Assembly (NCBI GenBank): GCA_034530615.2
Contig: JAVRCV020000080.1
Location: forward strand, 1 to 64,000
DNA: 64,000 bases
Direction: 5' to 3'
Origin: Aulosira sp. ZfuVER01
GTDB taxonomy: Bacteria > Cyanobacteriota > Cyanobacteriia > Cyanobacteriales > Nostocaceae
In this document: piece after piece, positions 41,245 to 52,149 of the stretch
How positions within the stretch are numbered: the stretch's first letter is position 1
Layout of the letters: each line of letters opens with the position of its first letter
Notes under the pieces: generated by a model
Told to the model about the DNA's origin: nothing
The model's database searches: none
Seen by the model: only the letters and a program-made list of their open reading frames with translations
Position numbers and translations under genes: made by a program

Positions 41245-41340
41245 GCTATATTAGCAGCCCTAGAATTACAGGAATACAGGTTAAAAACCTTTCCTAACTG
41301 TAGAATGGAAAATGCTGTCTTTAAATAAATTAGAGAATGT

Positions 41341-41643
41341 ATGGCCAAGAAGAGCATGATTGAGCGCGAGAAAAAACGCGCCAAGTTAGTAGAAAAGTAT
41401 GCCGAAAAGCGGGAAGCATTGCAGATAGACTTCCAAAATGCCGAATCGCCCCTAGACAAGCTAGAAATTCACCGGAAAATTCAACAATTACCCCGTAATA
41501 GCGCACCTAGCCGTCGCCGCAACCGTTGTTGGGTAACAGGTCGTCCTAGAGGTGTTTATCGTGACTTTGGGCTGTCTCGGAACGTTCTACGGGAATGGGC
41601 GCACGAAGGCCTGTTACCTGGAGTGGTTAAATCTAGCTGGTAG
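41341..41643 (+). CDS. rpsN: 30S ribosomal protein S14
   Basis: [10 protein letters not shown]...[12 protein letters not shown]...LPGVVKSSW. Confidence 0.98.
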   Translation: MAKKSMIEREKKRAKLVEKYAEKREALQIDFQNAESPLDKLEIHRKIQQLPRNSAPSRRRNRCWVTGRPRGVYRDFGLSRNVLREWAHEGLLPGVVKSSW

Positions 41644-41705
41644 TCATTGGTCATTGGTCATTAGTCATTAGTCATTGGTTATTTACTAAAGGCAAATGGC
41701 AAAGA

Positions 41706-42035
41706 TCATTGACCGCAACACTTATCAATTCCCAGACTTTCTAAGAGTAGATCGCTGACAGCGTTAGCGATCGCAAACTCTCCATAAAAGCTTTTAGAAA
41801 AATCAAACGCCTGCATTTCTGTGACAATGGCAATTACCAGAGAGCCGAGGTCGTTTTCTCCTTCCATGCGTTGGCGCATAAAAATCTGGGCGGCGCGTTG
41901 GGCAATTTTTTGATTGACTATTTCTGGGAGAAATTCTGCATCCAGCCACCGCAGCAGGCGTTGTTGCAGCCATTCGCCTTCAAGCTGGGGATTTTCAGAT
42001 GGTGGTAGGGTGATGGGTGGAATTGGTTCTGTCAT
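41706..42035 (-). CDS. Conserved cyanobacterial hypothetical protein
   Basis: WLD.EFLPE...RQRMEGENDLGSLV...F.IANAVSDLL. Confidence 0.75.
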   Translation of the reverse strand: MTEPIPPITLPPSENPQLEGEWLQQRLLRWLDAEFLPEIVNQKIAQRAAQIFMRQRMEGENDLGSLVIAIVTEMQAFDFSKSFYGEFAIANAVSDLLLESLGIDKCCGQ

Positions 42036-42141
42036 TTTTTTAAACGCAGAGGAATGCAACGGTAAATGCTAAGGAACGCAGAGGATGACTGTTAACAGCA
42101 AATTGCGTTCTTAGTAAGCTTTTTTAATTGTGATCGTCACT

Positions 42142-42717
42142 ATGGAATATGATATCGCTGCTATTATTCAGGGTTACGCTCAAGGCTATTTTCTCATGGC
42201 TGACGACAGCGATGGCTTGGGCTGGTATGGTAGTCGCGATCGCACATTAATTCCTTTAGATGAAAGATTTCGCTATCCTAAATCCTTACGGCGTGTTTTG
42301 AATCAAGAGCGGTTTACAGTTGCAATTAATCGTGATTTTAAAGCAGTAGTAGCTGGGTGTGCTAACCGCGACACAACTTGGATTTCACCAGAATTACAAA
42401 AGATTTATTGGTTACTCTACCAGAGAGGTTACGCTCATAGTTTTGAAACTTGGCAAGGTGACGAACTCGCTGGCGGAATTTTAGGGATTGCGATCGCCGG
42501 TGCTTTCATTGGAGAATCCATGTTTTACCAAATTCCTGAAGGCTCCAAAGTAGCAATGGTGAAATTGGTAGAGAGATTGCAACAGAGGCAATTTGTGCTG
42601 TTTGATGCACAAATGATGAATCCTCATTTAGAAAGATTTGGTGCTTATCGTGTTAGCGATGAAGAATATCAAGCCCTACTCAATAAAGCATTGCAACGCA
42701 ACTGTTATTTAATATAA
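42142..42717 (+). CDS. aat: Leucyl/phenylalanyl-tRNA-protein transferase
   Basis: TWIS, AHSFETW, F.GESMF, SKVAM, DAQ..NPHL..FGA. Confidence 0.93.
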   Translation: MEYDIAAIIQGYAQGYFLMADDSDGLGWYGSRDRTLIPLDERFRYPKSLRRVLNQERFTVAINRDFKAVVAGCANRDTTWISPELQKIYWLLYQRGYAHSFETWQGDELAGGILGIAIAGAFIGESMFYQIPEGSKVAMVKLVERLQQRQFVLFDAQMMNPHLERFGAYRVSDEEYQALLNKALQRNCYLI

Positions 42718-42879
42718 AGAATGATAAAGTTTTTAAAAGTTAAGATAGTTTTTATCAAAAATATGTTGTGGAGATTACCCACTTTCACAAGAGCATACCG
42801 AAGCAATTTCGAGTAAAGAATGATAAACAATCAAAGCAACCAAGTGTAAATTATTTTACTTTTTTTGATATTCAATATT

Positions 42880-43198
42880 GAGTAATTGAGTAAGTTCTTG
42901 CCAAGATGCGAAGACCAGGTTGAGATTCTCGACGTAGGAATAGAAACATCGACACTGCAAGTCGGGGTATAGTCAAAATAACCGGATGCGAATCTCTGAG
43001 ACTTTGGCAGACGGGCGTTTACTGAACGAAGAGAAACTGGTTGCTGAAAGTCCCGATATATCTTGGTTTACGCAGCACAAGAACCCTGTGGCAAAGGACT
43101 GACCAAAGCCCTGGTTACATTGCGAAGGATACTAGCAGTTGCTGACTGGGAAGGTTAGATGGTTTTGGTTATTGTGAGAACTTAATCTCAAGTTATTC
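42880..43198 (+). ncRNA. Candidate large (about 320 nt) multi-domain structured RNA
   Basis: End-to-end stem plus at least 6 nested helices; G-U pairs favour the + strand; no ORF in the track. Confidence 0.55.
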
Positions 43199-43250
43199 CG
43201 AGAGTATTAGCGAGGCAGTAGTATGAGGCATCAGGAAGCAATGACAGATC

Positions 43251-43808
43251 CTAGCCTCTAGTTCCTAGTCCCTCTTCATCCCTTCTCTCCTCCTCAACTA
43301 GCCATTGTGGTTTTTGCATAATAAATGGGAGATCTGCTCCTACAAGACCCCGCTGTATGCGTTCTGAAGTTTCACTAAACACTACAAACAAAGGATAAAC
43401 AGTATTAGCTCCTTCACTCAAAATATGATTGTGGCGATCGGGCATCAGCCACTCATAATCTTTGTCTAACAGAACTTGAGTTTGTCGCCAACGTCCCAAC
43501 AAATCCGAAAAGTCTTCATGGGGACGATGAATAAAGATTAAAATCTCGGCTCCAGTTTTAACCTTCCACTCTGGATCGCACATTAATATTGCTACATCAC
43601 AGGGTAGACAAGTTGTTTGTGGAGCTGTTGTCTCAGTTTGGCGCAGACGTACAATCGGCAAAGGAATGGCGATCACACTTTCATCAGGACGGCGCAGACT
43701 GGGAATCATTTCCAGGTAAGGCCGATGCTGTTTTAATAAAGCGATCGCCGCCAGATGATGACTATATTCAGCCAAACTAGCTTCGTAATCAGATTTTTGC
43801 ACAGGCAT
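43251..43808 (-). CDS. Conserved hypothetical protein downstream of pilC
   Basis: YLEMIPSLRRP, MCDPEWK.KTG.EI.IFIHRP.EDFSDLL.RWR; start ATG 43808. Confidence 0.8.
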   Translation of the reverse strand: MPVQKSDYEASLAEYSHHLAAIALLKQHRPYLEMIPSLRRPDESVIAIPLPIVRLRQTETTAPQTTCLPCDVAILMCDPEWKVKTGAEILIFIHRPHEDFSDLLGRWRQTQVLLDKDYEWLMPDRHNHILSEGANTVYPLFVVFSETSERIQRGLVGADLPFIMQKPQWLVEEERRDEEGLGTRG

Positions 43809-43919
43809 TTTTCTGCAAAGGATGAAGTATGAACTCTGAAATATAAAGTAAAAATTGTTCAGTTCAAGGATGAAATATGACTTATTAAATATTTTCATCC
43901 TTTATCCTTTAGCCTTTTT

Positions 43920-45140
43920 TTAGCCCAGCTTTTCAAATACTTTAAACATAGGCAAATACATCGCTAACAAAATCGTACCAACCATACCCCCCAAGACCAC
44001 AATCATCAGAGGTTCTAAGACACTAGTTAGTGCTTTAACTGCCTGCTCAACTTCATCTTCATAAAAGTCGGCAACTTTCATTAACATTGAATCTAATTCC
44101 CCAGTTTCTTCGCCAATACTCATCATCTGAATTGCCATAGCTGGAAACACTGCATCTTTTTGCAAAGCAACACTAATCATGCCTCCTTGTTGAATTTCTA
44201 TACGGGCTGCATCTATGGCATTAGCAACTATTTGATTACCTGATGTATCTCGGACAATTTCTAAACAAGTAAGAATCGGTACACCAGAACGAGTCAATGC
44301 TCCGAAAGTACGGCTAAAGCGAGCAACTGCGGATTTTTGAATCAAGTCACCAAACAAAGGCATTTTGAGAGAAAGGCGATCGATAGTTTGTTTACCAACA
44401 GCAGTTTTGTAATACTGCTTATAGGCATACATAAATGCCATAATTCCAGCAATAATAACTAGAGACCAGTAACTGCGTAAGATTTCACTACAAGTCATTA
44501 AGAATTGCGTTAGAGCAGGCAATTCTATTCCTATTTCTTTAAAAATTTTGGCAAAAATTGGAATTAGAAAAACAGTCATACCTACAAAAATTGCGGTTGC
44601 TAAAAAACCCACAACCATAGGATAAGACAATGCAGCTTTGATTTGGTTTTGTAAACGAGCAACATCCTCTAACAACTTAGCTAGGCGATTTAATACTTCG
44701 TCTAGAACACCACCAATTTCACCAGCTTGAACCATACTGACATACAAATTATCAAAGCACTGAGGATGCTTACGCATTGAATCTGAAAGATTTGTACCAG
44801 TTTGGACATCATTGCTAATATCAGTCAAGGCTGCTTTTAATTTAGGATTGCTACACTGCTCAGACAGTACTCCCAAACTTCTGACGATCGCGACACCTGC
44901 ATTTGTTAAAACGGCAAATTGACGAGAGAAGACAGCTTTATCCTTAACTGAAACCTTGACCATTGATGTCTTGAATTTTTTCAAATCAAAGCTGAGTGAG
45001 CCTTGAGATTCTTTTAATTCTTGGACAACAAAACCTTGATCTCTAAGATTTGTACGGGCTTGAGCTAGAGATTCAGCAGTAAATTTTTCAGTTCTGGATT
45101 TTCCTTGTGAGTCCCGAACACGGGCAACGTAGGTAGGCAT
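43920..45140 (-). CDS. pilC: Type IV pilus platform protein
   Basis: Two T2SSF domains, AGEIGGVLD, GEETGELD, LEPLMI. Confidence 0.95.
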   Translation of the reverse strand: MPTYVARVRDSQGKSRTEKFTAESLAQARTNLRDQGFVVQELKESQGSLSFDLKKFKTSMVKVSVKDKAVFSRQFAVLTNAGVAIVRSLGVLSEQCSNPKLKAALTDISNDVQTGTNLSDSMRKHPQCFDNLYVSMVQAGEIGGVLDEVLNRLAKLLEDVARLQNQIKAALSYPMVVGFLATAIFVGMTVFLIPIFAKIFKEIGIELPALTQFLMTCSEILRSYWSLVIIAGIMAFMYAYKQYYKTAVGKQTIDRLSLKMPLFGDLIQKSAVARFSRTFGALTRSGVPILTCLEIVRDTSGNQIVANAIDAARIEIQQGGMISVALQKDAVFPAMAIQMMSIGEETGELDSMLMKVADFYEDEVEQAVKALTSVLEPLMIVVLGGMVGTILLAMYLPMFKVFEKLG

Positions 45141-45192
45141 AGTTTATAAATTCAAAATTCAAAATTTAACAAGAGTCAATGGTTAAGGGTCA

Positions 45193-45256
45193 GTAGAGGC
45201 GGGTTTATCGATATCCTCGTTAATAATCCAGGTTTATTTGGTTAACTCGCCTCTAC
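45193..45256. repeat. GTAG-family REP/REPIN-like palindrome
   Basis: GTAGAGGCGGGTT...AACTCGCCTCTAC between pilT and pilC. Confidence 0.7.
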
Positions 45257-45318
45257 AAGGTGCAATGTATGCGTTTTGACTTTGGACTTTGTACTTCCCG
45301 AAATATAGTCGAGGTGAT

Positions 45319-46437
45319 TTAATGTGCTTTCGCAACAGGTTTTGCACCTGCTTGTGCCGGTGGAGCGCCACCGATCAGACGTTGGATTTCATCAGCCTTA
45401 GAAGTCTTAGACATAGCCGCTTCAAAGGAGATAGTGCCAGCTTTATATAAATCGGCTAAAACTTTTTCTAAAGTTTGCATACCCAATTTACCGCCAGTCT
45501 GAATGGCTGAGTAAATTTGAGATGTTTTACCCTCACGAATTAAGTTAGAAATAGCAGGAGTGATGATCATAATTTCTTGAGCCATTACCCGACCATATTC
45601 ACCTGGTTTGGGGTTTTTCTTTGGTACTAAAGTTTGACTAAATACTGCCACTAATGAGTTAGATAACTGCACCCGTACCTGAGTTTGTTTTTCATGGGGG
45701 AAAACGTCGATGATCCGGTCAACCGTTTGTGCAGCAGAACTGGTGTGCAAAGTACCAAATACCAAATGTCCTGTTTCCGCAGCAGAGATAGCCAAAGAAA
45801 TTGTTTCCAAGTCACGCATTTCCCCTACCAGAATAATATCTGGGTCTTCCCGCAGGGCTGCTTTCAAAGCATTAGCAAAACTTTTCGTATCTTCACCAAG
45901 TTGTCGTTGGTGAACCAAGCTTTTAATTGGTTCGTAAACAAATTCAATAGGGTCTTCAACTGTCAAAATATGCTCTGCTCTGGTGCGGTTAATCAAGTCA
46001 ATCATTGCCGCTAGAGTCGTTGTTTTACCAGAACCAGTGGGACCTGTCACCAAAATTAGCCCTCTGGGCTTTTCTGTCATTTCCCTTACCACATCTGGCA
46101 AACCCAATTTGTCAAAGTTGGGAATCTTAGAACTTAGAGCACGCAAACAAGCAGCATAAGCACCACGATCCTTATATACATTGACGCGGAAACGAGCTAA
46201 TCCCTTCACACCATAAGAACAATCTAGCTCCCAGGTTTGTTCTAAAGTTTTACGCTGAGTATTGTTGAGCATACTAAAGATCAGTCTTTGGCACTGATCG
46301 GCAGTCAATACATGCTCACCTATAGGAGTAAGTTTGCCGCTGATACGGAAGTAGGGAGGTAAACCTGCGGATAAATGCAGATCCGAACCTCCCATTTCAA
46401 TCAGCTGTTCCATCAAGTCTTCAATCATCATTTCCAT
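45319..46437 (-). CDS. pilT: Type IV pilus retraction ATPase
   Basis: GSDLHL, GPTGSGKTT, LREDPDIILVGEMRD, GHLVFGTLHT. Confidence 0.96.
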   Translation of the reverse strand: MEMMIEDLMEQLIEMGGSDLHLSAGLPPYFRISGKLTPIGEHVLTADQCQRLIFSMLNNTQRKTLEQTWELDCSYGVKGLARFRVNVYKDRGAYAACLRALSSKIPNFDKLGLPDVVREMTEKPRGLILVTGPTGSGKTTTLAAMIDLINRTRAEHILTVEDPIEFVYEPIKSLVHQRQLGEDTKSFANALKAALREDPDIILVGEMRDLETISLAISAAETGHLVFGTLHTSSAAQTVDRIIDVFPHEKQTQVRVQLSNSLVAVFSQTLVPKKNPKPGEYGRVMAQEIMIITPAISNLIREGKTSQIYSAIQTGGKLGMQTLEKVLADLYKAGTISFEAAMSKTSKADEIQRLIGGAPPAQAGAKPVAKAH

Positions 46438-46533
46438 AGTTTTGCTTCCCTAGTTAATTTTTAAGTCCATAGTTAAAAGTCCATAGTCCATAGCCAAAAT
46501 ATTCACTCTTGACTATTGATCGATAACTGTTGA

Positions 46534-48546
46534 CTAATCAGAAAAACGAGGTGTCATACAGTAGGGGCAATCTAGCCATTCCGGTTGTAATGTGGCATCA
46601 CAAGTGCGGCAAGTTAGGCCACTCTTGCGTTTAGCTTTTAACTCAGCTTCTAAACCAGTATCAGTAAACGTCACCCGCTCGACTTCTTCCAGGGTTGTGG
46701 AACCTTGGCGTACTAAATCCAGGCTATAAGCCAACAAGGTTTTCATGCCCTCTTCTACTGCTACTTCTTTAATGCGTTCTGTTGGTGCTTCTTCGTTAAT
46801 GAGGGTTTGCAAGTTTTCGGTAATTCTCATTACCTCGTAAACACCACAACGTCCCTTGTAACCAACACCATTACAAGTTGAGCAACTCTGACCTTTGGTT
46901 TTAGCTTCTGCTTGGGATTCGTTAGGCAAGCTATTAGCTTTGTAAAAAGTTACATTCACCTCTTGAGAAACTGATAGACCGTAGCGAGCAAGTTCTTCGG
47001 GTGTGGGAGTATAAGGAATCCGACAATCAGGACAAACACGCCGTACTAAGCGCTGTGCTAGAACACCAATCAGAGAACTAGAAACCATGAACGGTTCAAT
47101 GCCCATTTCTCCCAAACGAGCGATTGCTCCTGGGGCATCATTGGTATGTAAGGTGGTTAATACTAAGTGACCTGTTAAGGCTGCCTCAATTGCAGTTTTG
47201 GCTGTTTCCTTGTCTCGTGTTTCACCCACCAGTAGCACATCTGGGTCTTGTCGCAAAAAAGCTCGCAAAGCGGTAGCAAAATCCAGCCCTTTTTCCCGAA
47301 TTACCTGTACTTGAGTAATCCCTGGCAAGCTGTACTCAATTGGGTCTTCCACCGTACTGATGTTAATTCCCGGATCGTTCTTTTCTGATAGGGCGGAATA
47401 CAGCGAAGTTGTTTTACCAGAACCAGTTGGCCCAGTGACCAATATCAGACCGAAGGGACGACTGACCATGTCTTTAACAATACTTAATGTCTCCTGATCG
47501 GTAATTAACTTATTCAATCCCAGTTGAGTGGAGGAGTTATCCAAAATCCGCAGACAAACCTTTTCTCCGTAGCGGCTAGGTAAGGTATTTACACGGAAAT
47601 CCACTTTGCGTCCCTCAAACATCCGTCGGATACGTCCGTCTTGAGGTAGACGCCTTTCAGCAATGTCTAAGCTGGAGATGATTTTGAACCGGGCTGTCAC
47701 TGCCGGAATGATTTTTTTCGGTAGAGGGTCGAAAGCTTCACGCAGCACCCCATCCTTACGAAAGCGAATGCGGAGGTTTTCTTCTTGCGGTTCAATATGA
47801 ATATCAGAAACCTTCTCATGCAAGGCTTTGGCAAGAATTCTATTGACGAGATTGATGACTGGTGCATCTTCTGCACCCTTCATCGCAGCTCCCAAGTCAG
47901 CCTCCATATCATCAGGAGCATCATCAATGTCAAGATTATTCAGATTTTCTAAATCCTGATTGATGTCTGTAAACTTTTCTTGTTCTAGATGTTTTTGCCG
48001 AATAGCGAGTTCATCTAGATATTGATTAATCAGCTGTTGGTAATCTTCTTGGGTAATTACCATGCGCTGCAATGCTAAACCTTGTGGGCGCAAGATGCGG
48101 TTAAGGTCATCTGAAGCCTCTAGATTATCCGGATCGACCATCGCCACTAAAACGCAGGGTGGGTTTTGGTCTTCGTGTTTCGATAGTGGAATCAAACGAT
48201 GGCGACGACAAATATCGACTGGGATTAGGGTTTCAATCAGCCTCCCCACCATCGTATTACCAAGCTGGTTGACTTCCGGATCGAGGAATTCAACACCGTA
48301 TAGTATTTTAAGTTCAAATAACTGCTGTTTCTTGTATTGCCTAAGTAATTCAGGTGATAGTTGTCGCCCGGTGATTGACTCTAGCATCTCTGTTAAAGGG
48401 ACGCCAGACTTGCGGCTTTCAATCAGCGCCTGCCTCATCTGTTCGCTATTAACATAGCCAGCCTGCACTAGCTTATTGCCAAAGGGCGAAAACTCTGTTT
48501 TTGTGGTAAGAGCGGTACTGCGCCGTTGCGGTGACGAGTAAGTCAT
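46534..48546 (-). CDS. pilB: Type IV pilus assembly ATPase with C-terminal Cys-rich (Hfq-binding-type) tail
   Basis: SDIHIEP, LDIAERRLPQDG, GPTGSGKT, tetracysteine, terminal CxxC...CPYC; start ATG 48546. Confidence 0.96.
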   Translation of the reverse strand: MTYSSPQRRSTALTTKTEFSPFGNKLVQAGYVNSEQMRQALIESRKSGVPLTEMLESITGRQLSPELLRQYKKQQLFELKILYGVEFLDPEVNQLGNTMVGRLIETLIPVDICRRHRLIPLSKHEDQNPPCVLVAMVDPDNLEASDDLNRILRPQGLALQRMVITQEDYQQLINQYLDELAIRQKHLEQEKFTDINQDLENLNNLDIDDAPDDMEADLGAAMKGAEDAPVINLVNRILAKALHEKVSDIHIEPQEENLRIRFRKDGVLREAFDPLPKKIIPAVTARFKIISSLDIAERRLPQDGRIRRMFEGRKVDFRVNTLPSRYGEKVCLRILDNSSTQLGLNKLITDQETLSIVKDMVSRPFGLILVTGPTGSGKTTSLYSALSEKNDPGINISTVEDPIEYSLPGITQVQVIREKGLDFATALRAFLRQDPDVLLVGETRDKETAKTAIEAALTGHLVLTTLHTNDAPGAIARLGEMGIEPFMVSSSLIGVLAQRLVRRVCPDCRIPYTPTPEELARYGLSVSQEVNVTFYKANSLPNESQAEAKTKGQSCSTCNGVGYKGRCGVYEVMRITENLQTLINEEAPTERIKEVAVEEGMKTLLAYSLDLVRQGSTTLEEVERVTFTDTGLEAELKAKRKSGLTCRTCDATLQPEWLDCPYCMTPRFSD

Positions 48547-48580
48547 AATTGAGCAATGGGTAGGGAAAACCTCTGAGTAA

Positions 48581-48589
48581 AGTATTCCC
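48581..48589 (-). promoter_or_regulatory. SigJ-type -10 element (J-box) upstream of pilB
   Basis: Minus strand GGGAATACT about 35 nt upstream of the pilB ATG. Confidence 0.65.
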
Positions 48590-49062
48590 AGGCTGTGGCA
48601 TAGAATTCTCATTTACCTTGAGTAAATTCCAGCCAAAAATTTTCCTTCCTTACGAAAAATTAAACAAACTCAGAGCAACACGGATAATCTGTACTTTATC
48701 TGCAAGAAAAATGTTTGAGTTTTGAGAGAAAACAGATTGAAAGTCTTTGAGCTTGGTCAATGATTAAATTTTCAGTAGTTTTTAGTCAAAAAAACAACTT
48801 ATAACTTAATGATGAGGCGCAAGGGATTATTGATTGCTACTCATCTCAAAGATGTAGTGCTAAAGCTACTATCCCAGTTCGGGTTCCCGCCCTGGAAGCG
48901 TCTGCGCTAACGCTTTCACCATTTGTCACAATAAGAGGGCAGTGACAATCACTTCCAGGAAAATATTGGCAACAAAACTAGCCTCTTTGATCAGCCGTTA
49001 ATAGCAACGGTTGCTAGATGTGGTGAAATAATGCCGTAAATAGTATCTGGGATGAGTGGACA

Positions 49063-49806
49063 ATGATAGACGAAAATAAACAGGTAAACAATACAAGCCA
49101 GCAATTGGGTGAACCAATAGAGGTAAAGCAAGCAATGAAGAGCGACTCCCCAGCCCAAATCAACTCTAACGAATCTGACAGCGAGGTGAGCGAGCCAGTG
49201 ACAGCACAAAACAATGTATCAGAAGATACTACAATTACACCAGAAAATGGCGTCGCAGCGGCTGAGAGAACTGAACAGGGAACGGCAGCTTTAGCAGAAT
49301 TGACTCAACAAATCGAGTCTCTCAAAGGGCAACTAGAAGAGCGCAGCACTCAATATCTGCGAATTGCGGCAGATTTTGAGAATTACCGCAAACGCAACCA
49401 AAAAGAAAAAGAAGATTTAGAGGCGCAGGTAAAGCGCAACACAATTACGGAATTGTTGCCAGTAGTCGATAATTTTGAGCGGGCGAGATCGCACCTCAAA
49501 CCGCAAACCGACAGCGAAATGACAATTCACAAAAGCTACCAAGGGGTTTACAAGCAATTAGTGGATAGCTTGAAACGCTTAGGTGTATCACCCATGCGTC
49601 CTGAAGGGCAAGAATTCGATCCTAACGTGCATGAAGCTGTAATGCGGGAACCTACGGATGAACATCCTGAAGGAACAGTGTTAGAAGAGTTAGTACGTGG
49701 ATATTACTTGGGCGATCGCGTACTACGCCATGCAATGGTGAAGGTGGCTGCTCCTAAAGAGGATACCCCGGCACAAGATAATCAATCGAGTCCAGCCAAC
49801 TCTTAA
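49063..49806 (+). CDS. grpE: Nucleotide exchange factor GrpE
   Basis: [32 protein letters not shown]. Confidence 0.97.
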   Translation: MIDENKQVNNTSQQLGEPIEVKQAMKSDSPAQINSNESDSEVSEPVTAQNNVSEDTTITPENGVAAAERTEQGTAALAELTQQIESLKGQLEERSTQYLRIAADFENYRKRNQKEKEDLEAQVKRNTITELLPVVDNFERARSHLKPQTDSEMTIHKSYQGVYKQLVDSLKRLGVSPMRPEGQEFDPNVHEAVMREPTDEHPEGTVLEELVRGYYLGDRVLRHAMVKVAAPKEDTPAQDNQSSPANS

Positions 49807-50083
49807 GTTGTAGTTGCTCGCCTCAGCGATCAAAAGTGCCTTGGTTTTTGTAAGGGCGAGCATCGCTTACCTCAACTGTCATTAAAAAAAAGTAACTGAG
49901 GAATGAGGTGGATGAAGTAGATAAAACAGATAAGGAAGAACTGGCTTCCTTATCTTCCGCTGCTTCCTCGTTTCCCCCATTTCTCAAAAACATTTCCGTG
50001 AGTATTGGTGTGTAGCAAAAAAATCAAATAAGATAGTCCGCAAAGCCTCACGGTTAAATAAATCCGTAAAATTACTGAACAGT

Positions 50084-52042
50084 ATGGGAAAAGTTATTGG
50101 AATCGACTTAGGCACGACTAATAGTTGCGTTGCAGTTTTGGAAGGTGGTCAACCAGTTGTGATCGCTAATTCTGAAGGGGGACGCACAACTCCAAGTATT
50201 GTGGGATTTGGAAAAGGGGGCGATCGCCTGGTTGGTCAGCTAGCCAAGCGGCAAGCCGTTACGAATGCTGAAAACACAGTTTTCAGTATCAAAAGGTTCA
50301 TTGGTCGTCGTTGGGAAGAAACAGCAACAGAACGCGATCGCTCACCCTATAGCTGTGTCAAAGGTCGAGACGATACTGTTGATGTCCAAATTCGCGGACG
50401 TAACTATACACCACAAGAAATATCTTCGATGATCTTGCAAAAGCTCAAGCAGGATGCAGAAAATTTCTTGGGTGAAGCTGTGACTAAGGCAGTAATTACC
50501 GTACCAGCTTATTTTACAGACGCCCAAAGACAAGCGACGAAAGACGCTGGTACAATTGCTGGGCTAGAAGTGTTACGGATCATTAATGAACCAACTGCGG
50601 CAGCTTTAGCTTTTGGTTTAGATAAGCAAGACCAAGAGCAGCTAATCTTAGTCTTTGACTTAGGAGGTGGCACCTTTGACGTATCCATCCTCCAACTAGG
50701 AGATGGAGTTTTTGAAGTCAAGGCAACCAATGGTAATAATCAACTTGGTGGTGACGACTTTGATGACTGTATCTTGCGCTGGATCATTGAACGCTTCCAG
50801 CAACAAGAGAATATAGACCTGTCTCAAGATAAGATGGCACTGCAACGCCTGCGGGAAGCAGCAGAAAAGGCAAAAATCGAACTTTCTAGTATGCTAAGTA
50901 CCTCGATTAACTTGCCTTTTATCACCGCCGATGACACAGGCCCAAAACATTTAGAGTTAGAACTTAGCCGCTCGAAATTTGAAGAACTTACAGGGCATTT
51001 AATTGCAGGTACCATTGAACCGATGATTCAAGCCCTCAAAGATGCCGATCGCAAAGCACAAGACATCGATCGAATAATTTTGGTAGGCGGTTCCACTCGC
51101 ATTCCCTCAGTCCAAAACGCCCTGATCAAATTTTTTAATGGCAAAACTCCCGATCGCTCTATTAACCCTGATGAAGCAGTGGCGCTAGGTGCTGCTATCC
51201 AAGCTGGGGTTATGGGTGGGGAAGTTGATAATCTTTTGTTATTGGATGTCATTCCTCTGTCTTTGGGAATTGAAACCTTGGGAGAAGTTTTTACCAAAAT
51301 CATCGAACGCAACACCACAATTCCTACCAGTAGATCCCAAATTTTTTCCACAGCAGTTGATGGGCAAACCTCAGTAGAAATTCACGTCCTGCAAGGTGAA
51401 CGAGCAATGGCGCGAGATAACAAAAGTCTCGGCAAGTTCCTGTTAGCAGGAATTCCTCCAGCTCCGCGTGGCGTACCGCAAATTGAAGTATCTTTTGAAA
51501 TCGATGTTAATGGCATCCTCAAGGTTGGTGCCCAAGATAAAGGTACAGGTAGAGAGCAGAGTATTAGAATTACTAATACAGGTGGCTTAAGTACCCAAGA
51601 AGTTGAAAAGATGCGGCAAGCTGCTGAAGTGTTTGCAGAAGAAGATAAAAGGCGTAAAGAACTGGTGGAACTGAAAAACCAGGCCGATAATCTATTTCTG
51701 AGTTACGAATCGACTTTAAAGGATAACAGCGACTTAATTGCTGACGACATGAAAGTTTTGGCAAATGAGAAAGCCAAACAACTCCAAGCAGCTATGATTA
51801 ACTCCAATATTTCCCTACAAGAATTTCAGCAGAACTTGGACGACTTTCAAAAAACTCTATTTGCCATCGGTGCTAACGTATACAACCGTGGTAACAGCCA
51901 ACCAGATGAAGAATCTGAGGTTTCACAGGAGCAGTTTGCTTCCCAACAAGAGCCACCAATGGGCGGAACACTGATACCTCAATTTAACTTTGATTTTGAT
52001 GAAGAAAGCACTGCACAGGCCGATTACGAGGCGATAGATTAG
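50084..52042 (+). CDS. dnaK: Hsp70 chaperone DnaK (grpE-linked cyanobacterial paralog)
   Basis: [30 protein letters not shown]; acidic C-terminus. Confidence 0.97.
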   Translation: MGKVIGIDLGTTNSCVAVLEGGQPVVIANSEGGRTTPSIVGFGKGGDRLVGQLAKRQAVTNAENTVFSIKRFIGRRWEETATERDRSPYSCVKGRDDTVDVQIRGRNYTPQEISSMILQKLKQDAENFLGEAVTKAVITVPAYFTDAQRQATKDAGTIAGLEVLRIINEPTAAALAFGLDKQDQEQLILVFDLGGGTFDVSILQLGDGVFEVKATNGNNQLGGDDFDDCILRWIIERFQQQENIDLSQDKMALQRLREAAEKAKIELSSMLSTSINLPFITADDTGPKHLELELSRSKFEELTGHLIAGTIEPMIQALKDADRKAQDIDRIILVGGSTRIPSVQNALIKFFNGKTPDRSINPDEAVALGAAIQAGVMGGEVDNLLLLDVIPLSLGIETLGEVFTKIIERNTTIPTSRSQIFSTAVDGQTSVEIHVLQGERAMARDNKSLGKFLLAGIPPAPRGVPQIEVSFEIDVNGILKVGAQDKGTGREQSIRITNTGGLSTQEVEKMRQAAEVFAEEDKRRKELVELKNQADNLFLSYESTLKDNSDLIADDMKVLANEKAKQLQAAMINSNISLQEFQQNLDDFQKTLFAIGANVYNRGNSQPDEESEVSQEQFASQQEPPMGGTLIPQFNFDFDEESTAQADYEAID

Positions 52043-52149
52043 GAATGGCGCATGGGGCATTGGGCATTGATTACTAAATTATTCTCCTTGTCTCCGGTTC
52101 TCGGCGTCCCTTTGTCTCCCTTCCCTAATCTCCCCTAAAAACCTCAAGT

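Noticed and set aside
42960..43010. Group I intron-like words (GGTATAGTC S-like, TGAGACT R-like); P/Q-like words at 52168 and 52324
   Set aside because: Wrong order, incomplete core and no interrupted host gene
42880..43198. Retron msr-msd (end-pairing inverted repeats)
   Set aside because: No reverse transcriptase gene adjacent or anywhere in the window
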